From Acidobacteriota bacterium (GTDB taxonomy: Bacteria > Acidobacteriota > Thermoanaerobaculia > Gp7-AA8), in contig JAFATB010000020.1 of assembly GCA_019244185.1 (NCBI GenBank), positions 83,261-147,260 of the forward strand: a stretch of DNA of 64,000 nt, written 5' to 3'. A program made the translations under genes and the position numbers. The notes under the pieces were generated by a model. The model did no database searches. It was given only the letters and a program-made list of their open reading frames with translations, and was not told where the DNA came from. Positions 61,101-64,000 of the stretch are shown one piece after another (position 1 is the stretch's first letter; each line of letters begins with the position of its first letter).

Positions 61101-61453
61101 ATCTGCGAGGCGTTGGCTTCGAGCGAATGGAGTCCCGTCTCTTCCCACGGCGCATAAAACGCCGCGACGATGCGCCCTTGCGAGGACGCGTTCGCCGCCG
61201 GCCGCTCCCGCGCGATCTGCGCGAGCAGCTTCCGCCGCGCCGCACGCGACGCGGCAGTCGTGCGCGCATGCCGGTGCAGCGGCGGCAGGATGCGATGCGC
61301 CACCCGCACGAACGGCGCCGGCAACACCGGCGCGACGAACAGCGTGAGCGCAAACACCGCCAGCATCGCCGCCGAAACGACGACCAGCGCCGCCGCCAGC
61401 ACGCGCAACACGCGCCGGCGTCGAAGAGTGGGATCGAGAAACACGGGTTTCAT
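58112..61453 (-). CDS. Tri-domain GH18-like hydrolase / NodB polysaccharide deacetylase / GT2 synthase (PgaC/IcaA-like)
   Basis: INLDFE, MGYDQH; TIDDGP, GNHSYTHP, RPPY, LLHDGG; DAD, AED, QRFRW. Confidence 0.92.
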   Translation of the reverse strand: MKPVFLDPTLRRRRVLRVLAAALVVVSAAMLAVFALTLFVAPVLPAPFVRVAHRILPPLHRHARTTAASRAARRKLLAQIARERPAANASSQGRIVAAFYAPWEETGLHSLEANASQMTHLMPAWLRIGADGASLDETDWDPTVAFHNLDVLRIAREHNVRVLPVLSNAAGGWFDPERAHRLLANPAAQQRVAVATRDWLLRNRMQGINLDFESLSAEDAPLLVPFVTRVHQVLAPAGLQVTADVQASTEPEVWREIAAQCDFVVVMGYDQHSASGAPGPIAALDWFRDTVDRAAKNVPADKLVIGMGNYAYDWPEHEEASPLSYQQALMAARDAFGDAAAPGAIDFDPAALNATFDYKDEQGVSHEVWMLDAVTAANEWRLVSTRNVRGVALWALGLEDPSVWQILGDARVAQPPHPDHLRTISFRYAVDFLGEGEVLQVAATPVDGHRELEIDPATGLCLDEQYTSFPAAYVIRRSSYVPKAVALTIDDGPSDPYTSDMLDVLRQYHVHATFFVIGENVEHYPDLLARIWEEGHEIGNHSYTHPNIGTVSPRRAMLELNATQRAIESVIGRSTVLFRPPYNADAEPTTREEVMPVIRAAELGYVTVGEFIDPQDWQAKPRAAELARSILRGIQSGHGNCVLLHDGGGDRSATVDAMRIVIPELQREGYRFVTVSDLMHTSRAAVMPPVAVRERVFLGDDRVIFGATSTGQRLLAFAFLAAIFLGIARVVILALIAMRARQNDAPEGTNTLTVSVIIAAYNEERVIAKTIASILRARHAVREIIVIDDGSTDNTAAVVEQLAEKTPMIRLLRQPNQGKAAALNHGIASAVGDVFVAIDADTVLHPDAIGNLLRHFDDDEVGAVAGNVKVGNRRKLTTLIQSIEYTTSQNLDRRAWAALNAVTVVPGAIGAWRRDAVAEAGGYTVDTMAEDMDLTWRLRRNGWRIACDIEAMSFTEAPESVKALFRQRFRWSYGTLQCLWKHRDALGRYGWFGMAMLPSLWLFQIVFQLLSPIVDAQLLWIGVQLATGTPVDARSLVIFGGLFALFTLLDLTVSAFALRAEGESLRELPLLVLQRFFYRQLMYAAIVKSVLVALQGMRTGWNKLERRGTVTAV

Positions 61454-61880
61454 GGACGGTACGCGTTGTACCGGAGAGGACGTGAACGGAAGATGACGGG
61501 CGCAATGGAAGGGGTAGGCCGACGCATCGAATGCGGAGTATCGATCACCACCGGAGGCCTGTGTGGTTCTTTGTTGCGGGCGCGACCAACGTTCGCCGAA
61601 GCGCGCCGGCGGCGAGAGCGGCCATATCGAGTTGCACAGCCCGCGAGACAACCGCGGTCGTGTTGCGACTCGCGGCGTCAACTGCTATGCGATGCACACC
61701 ACCGCCGCCCCAGACGCCGTGCTACATCGTCAAAGGCGGGCTTCGATGATGCGGGCAACCGCGTGCAGCGCCCAGTGGTCGCACGGCGCTCACGTGTGGC
61801 CGCGATCCACCTGCTGGCCTAATGATCGCTTCGGCTGCGTTGCACCGTCTCCAACCAAGAACCACCTGATTGCGCTTCGC

Positions 61881-62357
61881 TTAATGGGACCGTGCGCCGG
61901 ATTTCGTGGAGTCGCGCCCGATGACCTGAAGCTCATGCCGTGCATCAAGCGTCACAGTGGCACCAGCGAAGTCGTTTACGTGAACGAACGAGTTCGTAAC
62001 CGAACTGCTCGTTATCACTTCATTATGGTAGTACGTCGCCACCGTCTTTTGCACTTTCGGATCGAACAAGTCCACATTTAGCTCGCCTTCGATGATCCAC
62101 ATCGATTCAAAAGGATGAACGTCGTGCGTCTCATCGCCGCGGTCGAAGCAGTGCATTTCTCCGTGAGCACGATCGATTACGCACAGCGACGATCCAGCCC
62201 AGACTGCGACGTATGGATCGAGAACTTTGACGGCGGGCTCGTAGTACTTCAGGAAACTGATTGACCCGACCTTCGTTCCGTCCACGAAGACAGCACAACG
62301 AACCGTATCTCCGGTAGTTGAAATCTCCCCGAGCTTCACGCCGGCCACATCGGTCAT
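61881..62357 (-). CDS. Putative immunity protein of the orphan toxin cassette
   Basis: ATGA overlap with the stop of the upstream toxin-like frame; lower GC. Confidence 0.65.
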   Translation of the reverse strand: MTDVAGVKLGEISTTGDTVRCAVFVDGTKVGSISFLKYYEPAVKVLDPYVAVWAGSSLCVIDRAHGEMHCFDRGDETHDVHPFESMWIIEGELNVDLFDPKVQKTVATYYHNEVITSSSVTNSFVHVNDFAGATVTLDARHELQVIGRDSTKSGARSH

Positions 62358-62722
62358 CGTTTCACCTGAAACCCAGTTATGAGGTCCCACACCCTGTTCT
62401 TCTGATTCCACTGCCAAATGATCTCCACGTTCTTGACCAGACCGTTAGCACCAGTCATGGCGCCTGTCACAGCCAAACGTCCGTTGGCTTGAATTTCGCC
62501 TTTTGCGAAGTTCTCGACAAAATGCGACTGGAGCGCCTTAGTAAGCGTTTTCTCACTGAATCCCAATACGCCGGCGAATAGCTTCCCATTGCCACCGCTG
62601 CTTTCAAACTTGCCTAAGAGGTAGCCGAGCTTGTTGCCCGTCTGTCCGGTCGGGTTAATATGGTTACCAACATCGCCACCGATGCGTCGAACAGCTTGTA
62701 GGCAGGCAAGACAACTGCCGGG
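62354..62722 (-). pseudogene. Orphan polymorphic-toxin C-terminal fragment (DUF6883-like), lacking a start for its N-terminal part
   Basis: Open frame ..NKLGYLL..GKLFAGVLGF..MTGANG..IIWQ..LITGF; first usable start (TTG 62566) lies inside the domain. Confidence 0.55.
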
Positions 62723-62943
62723 TTACGCTTGATCGTACATCCTGCGTGCACGCCCGATTCCGCGTGTACACTTCCATCGTTAGGTACATTGTCGGTGATC
62801 GCTTCAGGTCAAAATGCCGTACGCCCGTCCTTAACCACCAGCCGAATCATCTGGAAGCTAAGACCTTCCGTGGCTTGCCGTCCGGTCCATTAATCGCCTT
62901 ACCGTTCGCGTCGCACAGCGGTGTGCATCGGCGCGGCCACACG

Positions 62944-63186
62944 TCACTCAAGCAAGCTGGAGGCAAATCGCATCAACTCTTTCTCGTCATGCAGCCCCTC
63001 TCCACCGCTGGGAGAATATGCTGCGAGGAATTCGGCTGCTGTTGCCATCCGTTCGTCGCGCTCGTCGATCGCCGACGTCGCAATCAACGATTCAACAGTC
63101 CACGCAAACGCACGGCCAGTGACCTCGCGCTGAACATAATATTCGGCGAGCTTCTTTATGACTGCTCGCAGGTCATCATCGCTCAT
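62944..63186 (-). CDS. Putative cognate immunity protein of the RHS toxin
   Basis: 80 aa, AAGGAG RBS, overlaps the toxin end; LAAYSPSGGEGLHDE. Confidence 0.7.
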   Translation of the reverse strand: MSDDDLRAVIKKLAEYYVQREVTGRAFAWTVESLIATSAIDERDERMATAAEFLAAYSPSGGEGLHDEKELMRFASSLLE

Positions 63187-63999
63187 AGCCGAATATCTCC
63201 TTAATCTTGTTCTTAATGACCGTGACGATACTTCCATTCGTCGTCGAAACGACCACTTGCGGCTTCCCTGGTAGCGACGCGTCGTGATACGTGACGGTGG
63301 CTTTGGCGGGATTGATTTTTCTTATCGTATTCTTCGCTAGTACCGCATCTGCTTCGGCAGGGGTCATGACTGCGCGACCTGCCGGCGGATTCGCCATTCT
63401 CTCGGCAGCGTGCGGGGTAATAGGCTGTCCCGCTGGCGTACGAGCAGGGACGATTTGGCCATTCGACGTACCAAAGTATGTTGCTTGGGGTGTGGACCAC
63501 GCTTCTCCTTGTTCAGTGGTACTGACAGTGGGCGAGTCTTCGAAGGCGTCATGCCCCCGACCAGGATTCCAGTGATGACCTCGTGATCCAGTTGCAACTG
63601 GCCTTCTTGCGCCAAGTGCGTGTCGCCCGTTTGCGCGCCTCTTATGATCTTGCCGATGCCTGAATTTGCGGCGGTGTCGTAAAACGCCTCCGCCGCCATC
63701 TGAACGAGTTGCATACACAGAACAAGTGTTCCACTAGCAGCAGAACACCTGCCAGTCGGATCGGTGCGATTAACTGGGTTGTTTCGCACATATGCATACA
63801 TGTTCCACGATTGCGGCTGTCCCGGAGCCCAGTCTTTGCCCGGATCCACCGACAAGAACCGCCCCAACGTCGGCGCGTAGTACCGCGCGTGCATGTAGTC
63901 GAGGTAGTCGGTGCTCTCCGTGTTCACTGCGCTGATGTAATCGCGTTCGTGGCCCGTGAATTTCATGGGCTGCACGTCCTCGAACGAGGTCTGGACGGT
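63176..63999 (-). CDS. RHS repeat-associated core plus C-terminal RNase-like toxin (5' truncated; 1-nt frameshift around 63480-63560)
   Basis: KFTGHERD..YMHARYY..GRFLSVDP..YAYVRNNPV..DPTG; second frame ITPHAAERM...VVV...GSIVTVI. Confidence 0.85.
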
Positions 64000-64000
64000 C

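Overview
High-GC bacterial chromosome segment. The gene repertoire (Ser/Thr kinase fused to a TolB-like propeller, FYDLN protein, secreted proteins with Arg-rich C-terminal tails) suggests Acidobacteriota, probably Thermoanaerobaculia; this is inference. The backbone is housekeeping: ftsH, ansA, radA, folK, lemA/TPM, ctpA, tatBC, PPIase, aminotransferase, rsmI, pgsA, tRNA-Leu(CAG), tdh and pfkA. The strongest candidate for an undescribed system is 24.0-32.0 kb. A sigma-54 enhancer-binding regulator gene is followed by two tandem TGTC-N9-GAC(A/G) sites and a consensus -24/-12 promoter. That promoter precedes an operon of an unknown helical protein, three roadblock/MglB-like proteins, an MglA-type GTPase with a large unknown C-terminal domain, a PATAN/DUF4388-like protein and a single-domain response regulator, facing a PAS histidine kinase. 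Other highlights are a bipartite motif GGTAGGGATT-N15/16-CTCCT upstream of three unrelated accessory genes, a shared C-terminal (R/H)RRSV(Q/R)H tail on two secreted proteins, a DUF4157 (eCIS-effector type) protein next to the tRNA, a vapBC locus with a 12-nt periodic operator array, an RBS-sequestering hairpin on the PPIase leader, many probable leaderless genes, and an RHS toxin end with immunity and orphan cassettes. Three genes carry single-base frameshifts that may be sequencing artefacts. All family assignments come from motif recognition, not database searches.
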